This document shows positions 1 through 12,189 of a DNA stretch of 64,000 nucleotides, in pieces (position 1 is the first letter of the stretch; the number at the start of each line of letters is the position of its first letter). The stretch is from contig CM007990.1 of assembly GCA_002189035.1 (NCBI GenBank), positions 5,704,001-5,768,000 of the forward strand, read 5' to 3'. The position numbers were made by a program, and so were the translations under genes. Source of the stretch: Utricularia gibba. Its lineage: Eukaryota; Plantae; Magnoliophyta. The notes beneath the pieces were generated by a model. It was not told the origin of the DNA. It was given only the letters and a program-made list of their open reading frames with translations, and ran no database searches.

Positions 1-399
1 TGGGATTATATGAATTAGTAAAAATTATTCATATATAATAATAAAAATTTGTAAATTATAATTTTCAAACGACCAATAAAAGGCTTTATAGCTTTTTTGA
101 ATTATTTAGAAAATTGTTTATTGAACCCTCGAATTTTCGTTTGAGTTGGTTTTCTTTATTAATCTTTTAAATATTCTAATTTTAAGAAGCGATAGAAATT
201 TGGGTGACGCTGACCGGGGTAAGTCGTCGACTCATTCTACTCTTCAACCGTCTGAATCTAAGAAGAAGCTCCGCTGTCAGAAGATTCTTCTCGGCGAAGC
301 AACGTTCGTCTCTCGGCTGCGCTTTTATTTCTCTCGATTTCAATATATATTCTTCGTGTATCAGATCTCGGAGAGTTTGATTGCTTATTGCTTTAGAAA

Positions 400-3199
400 A
401 TGGCCGGCCGTTACGATCGCAATCCTTTTGAAGAAGAAGAGGAAGTTAACCCATTCGCTGTAAGTTTTTTATTATTTTTGTATTGAGTTTGGATCGTGAA
501 CTTTTCGTTGTCCATCTTTAGTTGTTGGTTCGATTGATTTGACTGAGTCGCACTCCGATTTCGGATTGATTTGAGGTGAATTTATGTAGGAGGGGAAAGG
601 AAGGCCTTCTGGACAGCCGAAGTTTGGTGGAGGTTCATTTTTTACTACGGTGAGTTCGATATCACGAGGCTGTCACAGTTCAGAGAAGTCTACTTCAGAT
701 AGATTTTTTAAAATAGGCATTTAAATTACTTAAACCGATGCTTTGACAAACCTGGTTTTGCTCATTGTTTTTCTTCGACCCGTGTTGTATTTAGAATCCT
801 GGTAGCACACCTCCTGCAGCAAACTCAAGGCTCACACCTCTTCCTCCTGAGCCTGCTGACTTTTATAATCCTACTGCAACAGTGGACATCCCTCTTGATA
901 ATTCTTTGGTATTTAAATGCTCTCATGCTCACTTCGATTATTTCTTTTTTTTTTATTATTTTAAATTGAGTGCTTATCGTATGAAACCTAACATTTATCT
1001 CAAAATTAGGACTTGAGAAAAAAAGAGAGAGAACTGCAAGCCAAGGAAGCTGAACTTAAAAGACGGGAAGAGGTATTCTAATAGCTGCTGGTTAAATTGT
1101 GTCTTGTGTCTTACACTTCCTAATCTCATGCATTGATAAAATTCAATCTTATAATAATCAAGACAACTTGAGTGGGCTTCTTAAAAAAAAACGGAAGAAG
1201 ATCTGAGTGGCTCTTGAGTTCCAATGGCTGTGCAGCGTCATAGGCCTTCAAAACTTTAGTCATAGTGAGATATTTGTATAATTTTGAACATGATTTTAAT
1301 ACTATAAAGATGCTCACAGGAAGTCAGACGGAAAGAGGAGGCTGCTGCGCGAGGTGCTGTTTGTCTAACTTATTTTTACCTTTTTGGGTACATATTCAAT
1401 CATCTACTTTTTGAGCAAGCACTAGGGAATGCCAATAATATCTCATTGCAGCTGGCATTGTCATTGAGGATAAGAACTGGCCTCCATTTTTCCCTATCAT
1501 TCACAATGATATTGCGAACGAGATACCTATTCATCTGCAGAGGATGCTGTATGTTGCATTCACGACCTTCTTGGGTAAGGCTCTTGCAAAGTGGTTTGAT
1601 GAAAGCTGCCGTTTCTTTTTTTCTAGTTAGTTTTTGCTATCTGAAAACCCAAGTTGCCTTTTCATCGTCAATACTATCCGAATTCGTTGTTTCACATGTA
1701 TGAAAGGAGGCTTTGTTTTGGTTTTGTTGTGGTGGTGACATTTGGTTGTGTTACGCACTCATTTTGGGATGAGAGTTTTATGAGAATGGAAATGAGAGTG
1801 TGACCTGTTGCCATGTTGTGCAGACTAAAAATATTTGAAGTATACCATATCTATCTGATATTTGAAGTGCTCGACTCCATCTAGTTTCCATGACTCCAAC
1901 TAATGGTGGATTACTGTCGTGTAGGAATTACTTTGGCATTGTTTTGGAATATTATAGCAGTGACCACAGCATGGATTAGAACAGGAGGTTTGTTTCATTT
2001 GTGACAGGTTAATTATGCACTTGAGGATTGAGTATTACTAAGCGTTAATTTCTCTTCTAGATGCAACGATTTGGTTTCTTGCTGTTATCTACTTTATATC
2101 TGGTGTTCCTGGAGCCTACTTTATGTGGTATCGCCCACTGTATCGTGCTTGCAGGTGTGTGATACCCTCCTTATGAAGCTGATGTTAGTATCACTATTAC
2201 ATTCTGAAGCACCGTATCTGTCTAATGCCAAGATTATTAGTGTAATTTTGTTTTGTTTTGTAAATTGGGAGTATGGATGAATGTCTCTCATATGTGGCTT
2301 GATTTCTCAACAGAACTGAGAGTGCCGTGAAATTTGGATGGTTCTTCCTCTCTTACTGTGTAAGTTGTTAGTATGTGATATCTTACGATCTTTAGCAGCA
2401 ATTGTAATGAAAAGCAATATGATGCATTTCTTGCAGCTCCACATTGCCTTCTGCATCTTTGCTGCAGTTGCACCTCCAGTTGTTTTTAGAGGGAGATCTC
2501 TTGCGTAAGCTTGCCTTTTTTTTCAGAAAATAAAAAAAAACCCTTTTCATCTTTACAGATAGCACATCTTTTTGTGAGATATTTCCTTCATTTTTTTTTT
2601 CAAATTCCATCAGAAAGGCAGAACCGAAATGCAAAATATTGTTGAATTCTCTGCTTCAATTTTGCTGATCGCTGCCACCGTCTTGTCTTGCAGTGGAATC
2701 CTGCCAGCCGTGGAGCTCATCGGCAATCAAGTTCTTGTTGGGGTTTGTTCAATAATCTTTCTGGACCATGTTGATAAGCTTGTTTTCTCGCGGTTTTCTA
2801 GTCATGCATCTATCTCTTACTAATCTTCTATCAAAAGTTACGCTTAATAGTGGAATCTATTCGCAGACTTAAGCCTACAAGAAGGCGCACCTTTTTGCTC
2901 ATTTTCGAAGTTCTGATTGGCCTCTTTTTTTCTTACAATTGTAGATATTTTACTTCGTCGGATTCTCACTTTTCGCCCTTGAGTCGGTTCTTAGTGTCTG
3001 GGTTATACAGGTCTGACATCTACTCCTCTACTTCAATTTTTTGTGCAAATACGCCACTCTGCATATATATGACCCTGAGGTTTTCTTGCTTACACCCTCT
3101 TTACCTCTTCAGCAAGTGTTCATGTACTTCCGAGGAAGTGGCAAAGCAGCAGAAATGAAGCGTCAGGCCGCCAGGGGAGCACTTCGAGCTGCAGTCTAA
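400..3199 (+). CDS. SCAMP: Secretory carrier-associated membrane protein (13 coding exons)
   Basis: ATG at 400 gives [19 protein letters not shown] (NPF repeats). GT-AG spliced exons give [29 protein letters not shown] and [24 protein letters not shown], all typical plant SCAMP motifs; phases are consistent. Confidence 0.95.
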
Positions 3200-3514
3200 G
3201 ATGTGATATTCCCATGGTGTTCCTTCGTCTCTGCCTTACTGTTTGTTCGTTTTGTTCTTTTTATGCAACAGCTAAATAGGCAGACAACCGTCATTTTTAT
3301 GTAACTTTTGGTAACACTATGAAGTTCTTAGTAGAACATTGGGATTGATTTCCTCCAAAAATGAAACCAGCAGCATCTTTTTTTCTTCCTGAAGAGTAGA
3401 CTGCTATGATCAGTAGTTAATTAGACTCCTGTCTAGACTTGAGGATACATGGGGAGGTAGCACTAGCACTGTTGCTCCAGCTACCTAGCACCAAACCGTT
3501 GAGTTTGATGTTTG

Positions 3515-4786
3515 TTATGCAGAAGTGCTAGCAATATCATCATCATTATCCGTAGTTAGGATGGGTGTTCCAGCATTGAATCGTCGTCTTCGTTCCGGTT
3601 GAGGTTCCTGCTTTGGTTCTCGTGACTGAACTTCCCTGGTTTTCTCTTGTGGTACATCGTACTGCACAGGGAACAGATTGTTTAGGGCATGCTCTAAAAC
3701 CGCTGAATAAAACAAGTGACTTACCTTGTAAGCACAGCCAGATATGCAGGCCCGGAAACATTCCTGTGACCAAGAGAAACACATACGCCAATTCACATTG
3801 TGCTGCCTGCCGCCAGATGGAGAAGGGAGAGTGGTGATTGGTATACCTCTGAATAGGAAGCAGAACCAGGGGATCTGTCGATGTAAGAGCTCCACTTCTG
3901 GTTCTTGAAAACAGGGTCCTTGTAGCACATCTCATCGCACTCTCCCACACCTGAACCCTCATTCATTGGACTCTCATCACACGCTATATTCAAGATTACA
4001 TACATTCCATGCAGCAAACGTAACTGAAGGGTGATAATTTGAACTTACAGTCGTCCCATGTCTCAGCATCAGCATCACACCCCTTTTTACAGAATATCCT
4101 CCCTGCACACCAACACCAGCATACCCTTTTCTTTTTTACCAGAAGAGCCAACGAGTTTTGAGTTTATCAAGACAAGTACCACCATTTGGGACAAAAAAAC
4201 AGCATTTTGTTGGCAAACCTTGTCACGTATCAGGTCTACACCATTGACCATACCATATAACCATGAACAAGTTTTTTTTTTTTTTTTTCAATGATCTTCT
4301 AAAAAGATTCTAACATGCTTCTCTAGGCAGCTTTGTAAGATAGAAGCAACTCCTTTTCAAAGGTAATAGGAATCCAATTGTTCAATGAGGATTCTGAGGT
4401 TTCCCAGAAATGTTGTTTGGTCCATGTGTCAGGGCAATAGAGCCATACTTTTCAAAATTCCAACCCCTTAAATTGCATCACTAGGCTTCATAACATGTTG
4501 TATTTGCTCTCAACGATGCAAAAACTCAGATATAATACAGGGGAGAGGAAGCCATTATCTTTGATCAATCGAGGACACAGCCTTCCCTCATTGCAATAAA
4601 CTCCGCAACACAACATATTGATTCCACGAGAAATAACCCAGAAAGAAATCTAGGCACCCAAAAAGCAGATTATAAAATCCTGTGTAATGCACAAAGGAGA
4701 AGAACATTACATGGGATTTGCATGACCGCGGCATATTTGTTGTTGCATCGGCTGTTGCAAGGAGGAGCCCATTGATCAGCTTTCAT
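3515..4786 (-). CDS. Conserved plant Cys-rich protein of unknown function (5 coding exons)
   Basis: Spliced product MKADQWAPPCNSRCNNKYAAVMQIPW|RIFCKKGCDADAETWDDC|VGECDEMCYKDPVFKNQKWSSYIDRSPGSASYSE|ECFRACISGCAYK|YDVPQEK...ASTSA*. All four introns are GT-AG and in phase. Confidence 0.85.
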
Positions 4787-5229
4787 TGCCTTCGCCTTCA
4801 CGGAAACAAGAAATCAGACAAAATTTGCCTCATGAAAATAAGTGGGCGAGACCTAGGGAAAAGAAAAAAAAGTAAATTCTGTTTTAAGGATGGTACCTAT
4901 CAAATTTACAACATATTCTGACGCCAACAAGATATAGTTTACAGTCCCACGCAAAGTACTGTTATAGAATCTAGTGTCGGGATCTCCATAAATCTGGCAT
5001 GAAAGGAGGAGGATGAGACAAATAAAACAAATATGCCTCAGAAATCGTGTCAGGTAAAAACCCGTAAACCAATCATAGAAGGGTGAAGAGCAGTTTACCT
5101 CCTAATTCCCGATCCGACTGCACCAGATTCAACAAGGAAATTCACCTTGAAACGGCTCCGTCAAGCCACAAAATAATGCTGCCACGCGCCGCCACGGCGA
5201 GGTAAATAAAAGTTACTTGTCGGTCAAGA

Positions 5230-5400
5230 AAACCTTCCTGGGCCTGGGCATATTTAGTTTCTTCCCAACCAGGTAGCCCAGGCCCATACTATTTGCTTGC
5301 CCTTTTTCTATCCTATAAATCTAATATTAAAAAAAGAAAGACAAGATTACTTGAGAACCGGGAAGGGGGGAGCCGAACCGGAGTGGACCGGGCCCGGTCC
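5230..5400. promoter_or_regulatory. Divergent promoter with site II (TGGGCY) motifs and a 16-bp perfect palindrome
   Basis: TGGGCC/GGCCCA motifs near 5238-5250 and 5281; palindrome GGACCGGGCCCGGTCC at 5385-5400; lies between head-to-head genes. Confidence 0.45.
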
Positions 5401-5573
5401 CCATTTGGTATAGTATATGACCAGAACGGCGTGGTCCGAAGGCTCCTGGCGTCTGTGTTTGTTCTACCGTCTTGAGGAAAAAGGAGAATCTACACGCTCA
5501 ATTGCCTCTTCCTTTTTCTTTTCTCACTTGACTCGCGTCTTCATCGCCTCCTTGCGCCGCCTTCATCTACGGA

Positions 5574-8308
5574 ATGCCCGTTCAGAAGCGCCCTCGTGAT
5601 TCCTCCGCTTCGCCTCCTCATTCTCAACCTCCGGGGGAGGACGAGAAACCGGATGATTTGCTGCCAGGCTGCGAGAATCACGCCCCGGAGAAACTGGAGA
5701 ACTTGAGCGGTGCGTGCTTGCATATGCATACATGCTCATGTCTGCAACTCATGCATTATATCGTCGCCGCGGATTCGAGCCTCGGCTAACGTTTTTGCGT
5801 TCCGTTTTGTTGGATGACTTGGGTCTTGTATTCATCTGGTGCTGTTTTCTGTATTCGATTCTCAGATTCTGGAGAGAGTTCTGTTTCTGAAGATGGAGAA
5901 GACGGAGAGTAATCTTTCTGTATCCCTCTTTGTGTGTGCTTGTACATGATCACGCACATTCACGTATGAGTTTGCCCGGCGTGCGTGCTGTCTGTAAACG
6001 GTGATCTGCCCTTTCCCTTCTTCTTTGGTCTGCAACGATCTGTATGATGCGAAATAATGGAGCCCAGATCTGCTTCAGCTTCTTGTGCTATACGTTTGGC
6101 TTTCTTTCTCCTGGAGATTCTTTCTAACATTTCCTTCAGTTTCTTGGGGAGTTATTTTCCTCTTCTTTTTTGTTCTGTGGATTTAAAGTGACACAAAGAC
6201 TACGTTTTTCCTAGCGCTACTCCTACTGATGAGCACTGGTTTTGTCTGCTAACAGTCTGATGAATGCTTTTCAACTGGTTAAAATGTTGATGTACTAAGG
6301 AAATTGCTTGCACGTGATTGTTTGTATTTCACAGAAGATCCCGTGCAAGGCAGAGCAGAAATAGTGTACAGGGATATTGTGTTAATTCATAGTGATGTCT
6401 GTAATCACATTCCTTCCTGTTAAAAGAAATATATTGTAATAACTATCCATAGAGAAAACAAATTAAGTTGCTTGAAGCAACTGACTCGAAATGAATGAGT
6501 GAGTTTGCAGGGAAGTTCAGTGTTAAAGTAGGATGTGGACTGATATGCTTTGTTCTGTCAAACCAGATTCATTGTTGTGAAGCTGGCTGAAGTGTCCAAG
6601 GAAGTTCAGTGCCCCATATGCTTAGGTGTGTCTTTTGATGTTTCTCTCATGATCTTGTTCATTCTTGGCTAAGATCTGCTAGAACGTAATTAGTTTTATG
6701 TACTACACACATTTTCCTTGTTCTTATATTTTTGTCTCATTGTTACAGGCATAATTAGGAAAACAAGAACTGTCATGGAATGCTTGCACCGCTTCTGCAG
6801 AGAGTGCATCGACAAGTCCATGCGCCTTGGGTATGGTCCTGAGTTTTATGTTCTTTTGAGCAGCTTTTTTCTCTCCTTTAATATGTCTACGTGTGTAGGA
6901 ACAAGGAGTGCCCTGCTTGCCGCAGGCATTGTGCTAGTCGACGTTCTTTAAGGGATGATCCAAATTTCGATGCTCTTGTCTCTGCATTATACCCTGGAAT
7001 CGGCAAATATGAGGAAGTAAGAGCTTACAGAACTGCCATTTTATCATTTCTGCAAGTTAAGTTGGTGGAAAGTGTACCAATATGTATGATGTTCTCAGGA
7101 CTTAATTTTCCATGACGAGGAGAAGGCTTGCAATGAGGAGGTACCATACTTCAACGTGTATTTTTGGGAGCTCTTCGTACTGAATCATCTTTTTTGTTTC
7201 ATGACAGGTTCAAGATTTAGTTTCCCAGAATGTTCGTCCTCCAGGTGAAGCTCTAGGAAAGAAGAGAACACCAGCCAGAAGTACAGCAGCGGCTGGTTCA
7301 AGGAGACAGAGCAGTTCTCGAAAGTCACGAGGACGTAGGAACCACAGTTCAAATGGACATAATGAACTAGATGAAGAAGGAGCCATAGGGAATGACAGAA
7401 GCAAAAACTCATCATCAACTGATGAGCATGCAGAACCGCCCAGAAGATCGGGCATCTCCAGGACTTCAAAGCCTTCATTAGAGAGTGATTTAGAATTAAA
7501 TACAAAAGCATCTTGGGCATCCGGTGCTGTTGTGGGCAGATCAAAGGGTCTGAAATGGGGAAGAAGTGGCGTGCGCAGCAACACTAGACGCGTTGGCCAC
7601 AGTTGGATCAGCAGTAGAATTTCAAGCCAGAATCGGCTGTCAAACCTGATGAACCGCCTCCAGAGTTCACATGAAAATGATGATGCGGTAATGTCACATA
7701 CCTTGCTTTAGTAACCTCATTAACTGTTATCAGGAGTGCATCTTAGTTCTTTCCTACCCTTCAGTCCAGAGTCACTCTGAAGCTTATTTCCTTGAACGAG
7801 GAGGAGATTCCTAGCCTGAAGCGGCCTTACATTTGCTGCAGCACCAAATCATCAGTCGGACACTTAACTAAGGTGCCACCTGCATCCTTTACTCTGAAAC
7901 TCTTTACCACAGAAGATGATGGCTTCATCAATATCCCTAAAACCGCATTTTCTGCAGTATGTCGCCATGCAGACGTCCCTTGAAGCCAATCAAATTCAGA
8001 TGCGCATACTACATGACACCCATCTGGACATCATCTTCACTCTGAACCAGCAAGCAACTATCGATGACATTCTAGCCAAGTTCACTCCAAGAAGTCTGGT
8101 AAACTTCTTAAACCTTACTCCAAAGCTTCTGCAACGATCCAATCCTCTACCTCCATTGTTCCCTTTGCTCCGGAAAGCCTCACCTAGTGCCTTGCCACCC
8201 TTCTTTTCAAGTACAGCACCCCAATTGAATCCCACATCCATTAAAAACACTCCCAAGATCTCAGTAATAATATTAGGATTGTTGCAGTTCTTGCAGCAGT
8301 TGTCATAA
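5574..8308 (+). CDS. RING1: PRC1 E3 ligase RING1A/RING1B-like (RING finger plus C-terminal RAWUL-like domain); 3' end uncertain
   Basis: Exons encode [62 protein letters not shown] (RING1 signature), [11 protein letters not shown] and [11 protein letters not shown]...YVAMQT. The last exon may be spliced at the GT at 8099. Confidence 0.85.
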
Positions 8309-8824
8309 AGATCCTTGTTAAACCATTGTCTTCTTCCAGGTTTTGGCCTACGAGAGGAAGCTTCCTGATGCTGCAATCTTCTCCATGGATGACTGTCTGG
8401 TGGCTTGAGCGTTTACTTCTAATTTCGCCTCTTTTTTCTTTTTCGAATTTTGGTTATGCACTGTGTGTGTATAATAGTATTATTGTTTAATATCGACAGT
8501 AATAATATTGGGTTTATATTTCTCTTAACCTAGGTTTTACAACTTATTAATAATAAAAAATTCTTTTTTAAATTTTTATTATTTAAAAATAAATTTTATT
8601 CATATTTGATATTAAAATTTGATTATTTTTTTATAAAAAATATTGATACAATCGACAAGAGAGATATTTTTAGTATTTATAATTTGATTATGTAATAAAA
8701 CTTATTTTTAATGTTATAAGATTTATTTAATTTGATATACCGAATAATATTGAGAATTTCACAGTAAGGACTGCTCGGGTGGATGGATCAGAAAAATCAT
8801 CGGGTTGTTTCGTCACGTCCTCCA

Positions 8825-9638
8825 ATGGAATCCAAAGCGCCGTCTGCAGCGAACCAACAACAAGCGGATACCGCCGCCGCGGCCAAGCCGAGTCTCCGGA
8901 AGCCAGTTTTTGTGAAAGTGGAGAACCTGAAACCAGGCACCAACGGGCACACGCTCGTCGTGAAGGTTGTGCATTCGAACACAGTCGTGAGCAAGAAGCC
9001 ACGGTCGCAGAATTTCCGTGGGGCTCAGAATCAGAATTCCAAAATCGCTGAATGCCTCGTCGGCGACGAGACGGGAGCGATCCTCTTCACTGCGCGGAAT
9101 GATCAAGGTTCGGAATTACATTAATGGATTCCCTCAATTTCTATAGATCTCCGTTTCTGATAAATCGTAGGGATTTTGACTTCGTCCGAGCCCCAATTCA
9201 AGGTCAATCCTTGAACCCCGTAACCCTTCCCCTGAAGAAAACCTCTGAGAGTCCATAGATGCATCCCCGTAGCATGATGATAAACGTGCCATCCACATGT
9301 TGCTGAATACCTGCTTCGTTGTCACTACTGCATTCTGAGCATGTTCATATCATAGGCAGTTGCTAGGGCGCCATTGGAACTGATTTTGTGCAGGATCTTT
9401 GTGTTGGAGTTCGAGTGTCTGATCATGTGGGATCATGCTTGCAGTTGATCTCATGAAGCCGGGCAGCACAGTGATACTAAGAAATGCGAAAATCGACATG
9501 TTCAAAGGGTCCATGCGGCTGGCTGTGGACAAGTGGGGCAGAATCGAGGCCACTGAACCAGAAGCATTTGAGGTGAAGGAGGACAACAATCTCTCCCTGG
9601 TGGAGTACGAGTTGGTGAATGTTGTCGAAGAATCTTGA
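8825..9638 (+). CDS. Small nucleic-acid-binding OB-fold protein (At4g28440-like family), 2 exons
   Basis: Exon 8825-9107 (LRKPVFVKVENLKPGTNGHTLVVKV...IAECLVGDETGAILFTARNDQ) and exon 9445-9638 (VDLMKPGSTVILRNAKIDMFKGSMRLAVDKWGRIE...NLSLVEYELV). Confidence 0.93.
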
Positions 9639-10665
9639 ACCATCGGATCTCCGGTGTGTGCTGCTTCTTCCGGGCATGGTATAGGCGGCTGTGGATTGTG
9701 GTTTCCGGGTATACATGTTGATCGTTGCATGTACTTGCATAAGGATGGGGGGTGCTGCTCTCATCTAATTTTCTTGGTCTGATGAACCTTCTTGTGACGT
9801 TTCTAAGTATTGAAGAGGTTTGGCACAGTGAAATTTTTTGGAGCTCAGGCCATCTTTGTTGCTGTGAACTGGATATGCAAAGAGGTTAAATAAAATGATC
9901 ATGTTAATGTAAGAGAACGCAGGTGATCTGGGAAAAACATAAAACGGTGAGTTTGGGTGAGATTATGAGTTTTGCAGGGCTGAGGTCAATACATGTGCAT
10001 ATCTCAATGAAAATCAGTACTACAGCAAGGGAATAAGAGACGAGTTCCATACAGTTATTAGTAAGGGGCTGGGGTAACTCCGCTGAATGTTGGAGGCATT
10101 CTGGGGATCCTCATCCATCTACACAGCAGAGGGCAGAAGAAAGGTAGAATCAGAAACACAAGGATCATCATCCTGTCTGAAGCTTTGCACAACGACAACG
10201 GAATCACAAACCTAAACAAGCAAAAACGACGGAGATCAACGTTTATAGACGAATGTTAACAGTGAAAACGCAGAATGATCAAAAGCAAATGCTTAGAACC
10301 CCTGATCAACAAAATGAGCATTCATCAAAGGCCACTAGGATACAACTATGTGCAGAAGAAAGTAAACGAACGATCCATCGATATGATTACTCATTTTCGG
10401 CAACTTAATCAGGGGTGCATCCACATCTCATGTTCATCATAAATCATGAATATACAAGGTAGATTGTTCAACAACATTAGAACAAGCAGAGTCTTGAAAA
10501 TAGTCCTGTTGTTGGAACAGTCTGGTTGGAGCAAGCCCCAAGGGCTGACTAATGCAGAGATTGTGAACCAGTCAAAATCAATAAACCCATGCACACAATC
10601 TTCTGTTATACGCATTGAGAAGGTCCAGAAAAAACACCAGCAAATTGGGGCTAAAGTATACATAT

Positions 10666-11056
10666 TTAATGGAATGACGAGGAGCACATGAGCAAACCTT
10701 CAACATTCCAGGCCTGAGTACTAGTAGCAACCAAAAGATTCGAAGCAAGCAAAGCAGCCGCAGTTGCGGTATGATACGGCAACAGTGAAATGGCACTGAC
10801 TCTGCGCATCTCCACTGGCGACCTAATATCCAGGATGAACGAATTAGCTTCAACTATCAGATAAAAAAGAGATACACAGCAAGCAAAATATTCGTATTCG
10901 GTACCTGAAAATGCGCGTCGAGATGGGACTTCGACTTGCGACGCCAATCGGTGAGGTAGCAGCTCTCGACCTGACTCCTGAAGCAAATCTCGCGGCGGCA
11001 CCACGACTAAACACTGCATCCGATCGCAATAACGACCTCGAAACGGCGGCAGCCAT
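10666..11056 (-). CDS. NFD6: NUCLEAR FUSION DEFECTIVE 6-like small organellar protein; last exon not resolved
   Basis: Exon 11056-10905 is an Ala/Arg/Ser-rich transit peptide ending RIFR. Exon 10822-10698 gives SPVEM...SLLPYHTATAAALLASNL (family motif). The downstream exon is ambiguous; the coordinate 10666 assumes read-on into the intron. Confidence 0.72.
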
Positions 11057-11122
11057 GGCGACGGAATGGCCAATGGAGCAAGGGGGGGGGGGGGGCTTGG
11101 GTTTAGCTCCTTTCGGCCATTT

Positions 11123-11190
11123 TGGGCTGCTGATCTAAATTGGGCTTAACACCGAAAATATCATCTATGAGCTTGTTAAGCCATTGGGCT
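11123..11190. promoter_or_regulatory. Cluster of three site II elements upstream of the NFD6-like gene
   Basis: TGGGCT at 11123-11128, 11141-11146 and 11185-11190, 70-130 nt upstream of the ATG. Site II elements are typical of nuclear genes for mitochondrial and growth proteins. Confidence 0.55.
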
Positions 11191-11397
11191 TGATGAATTA
11201 CTTAATTAAAGAAAAATGCAGCAAAATCGATTTATAAAAAAAAATATTTATTTATAAAAGACTAGTTATTGGGAATTCACATTAAACAGACAACAGAGTG
11301 AAATGTCCATTTAGCCATAATGTTATATCATTTTTCTAGTGACAATCAAGGGTAGAAATGAAAATGCAAATGAACCCTACGGTCGTCGGAGTTTCTT

Positions 11398-12189
11398 TCA
11401 GGGCCAGGAGTTGGAGTATCCTTCACCGGCGCCGGAAAACGAGTTCCCGCCATAGCTCCCTCTGTTACTGGGAAAATATCTGTTCTCATCGAAACCTTGC
11501 TTCATCACCTCGTAAGGATGGTTGACATTGAATTTCTCAGCGTTCAAATCGTAGAAGTACTTCCCATTCTCAAACGCCCGCGTGTCGCTCATCCCCTGCG
11601 GTGTCGTCTCGCCGGTATAGAGACTGGATTCGCTTCCTCGAAAAAGGGATCCGCCAATAAGCGACGTGGGCTTGGGCGAATCACCATTGTAACCGAAATC
11701 GTAGCGGTGTCGCTCATTGTAGTTGGAATTGATACCGTGTCCCTCGTCGGATTCCCCAATCAGAGACGCGGGCTTATCAGAATCGCCGTTGTAGTTGGAA
11801 CTGTAGACTTGTCCCTCCTCATTGTACCCGTACTTGCTGGGATTCTCGTGGAGCTCCTCGCTTTCATCAACGGCGTAGAAATTCTCCTTTTCCGGAACAC
11901 TGGGCTCCTTGAACTCTTCAGGCTGGGTGACGTAGGCCACCGGGTTGTAGTTTTTGGGGAGATGGGGGTTGAAATCGGCGCCAGATTTTGCTGTCGGGAT
12001 TTTTCCCTCCAGGCCGTAGGCATTATCGGTTTCCGGTAGGAAAGTAGGCTCCACATGTTCCCGTATCTTCTTCAACTCCGCACCGGTGTCGACCGGCGAC
12101 ACCTTGTCGAACGAGGGCAGCTCCCTGGCGACACAATGAAGCGCCAAGAAGAGGGGTAAAGCAAGGAAAACGCGAACAGAAAACCCCAT
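11398..12189 (-). CDS. E6-like secreted protein (cotton fibre protein E6 family), intronless
   Basis: Signal peptide MGFSVRVFLALPLFLALHCVARE; motifs EPTFLPETDNAYGL and QGMSDTRAFENGKYFYDL; Asn/Tyr/Glu-rich. ATG at 12189 chosen over the upstream non-ATG ORF start. Confidence 0.8.
   Translation of the reverse strand: MGFSVRVFLALPLFLALHCVARELPSFDKVSPVDTGAELKKIREHVEPTFLPETDNAYGLEGKIPTAKSGADFNPHLPKNYNPVAYVTQPEEFKEPSVPEKENFYAVDESEELHENPSKYGYNEEGQVYSSNYNGDSDKPASLIGESDEGHGINSNYNERHRYDFGYNGDSPKPTSLIGGSLFRGSESSLYTGETTPQGMSDTRAFENGKYFYDLNAEKFNVNHPYEVMKQGFDENRYFPSNRGSYGGNSFSGAGEGYSNSWP

Noticed and set aside
11497-12039. 180-aa plus-strand ORF
   Set aside because: Antisense shadow of the E6-like CDS; hydrophobic composition expected from reverse-complementing Glu/Asn/Tyr codons; no motif.
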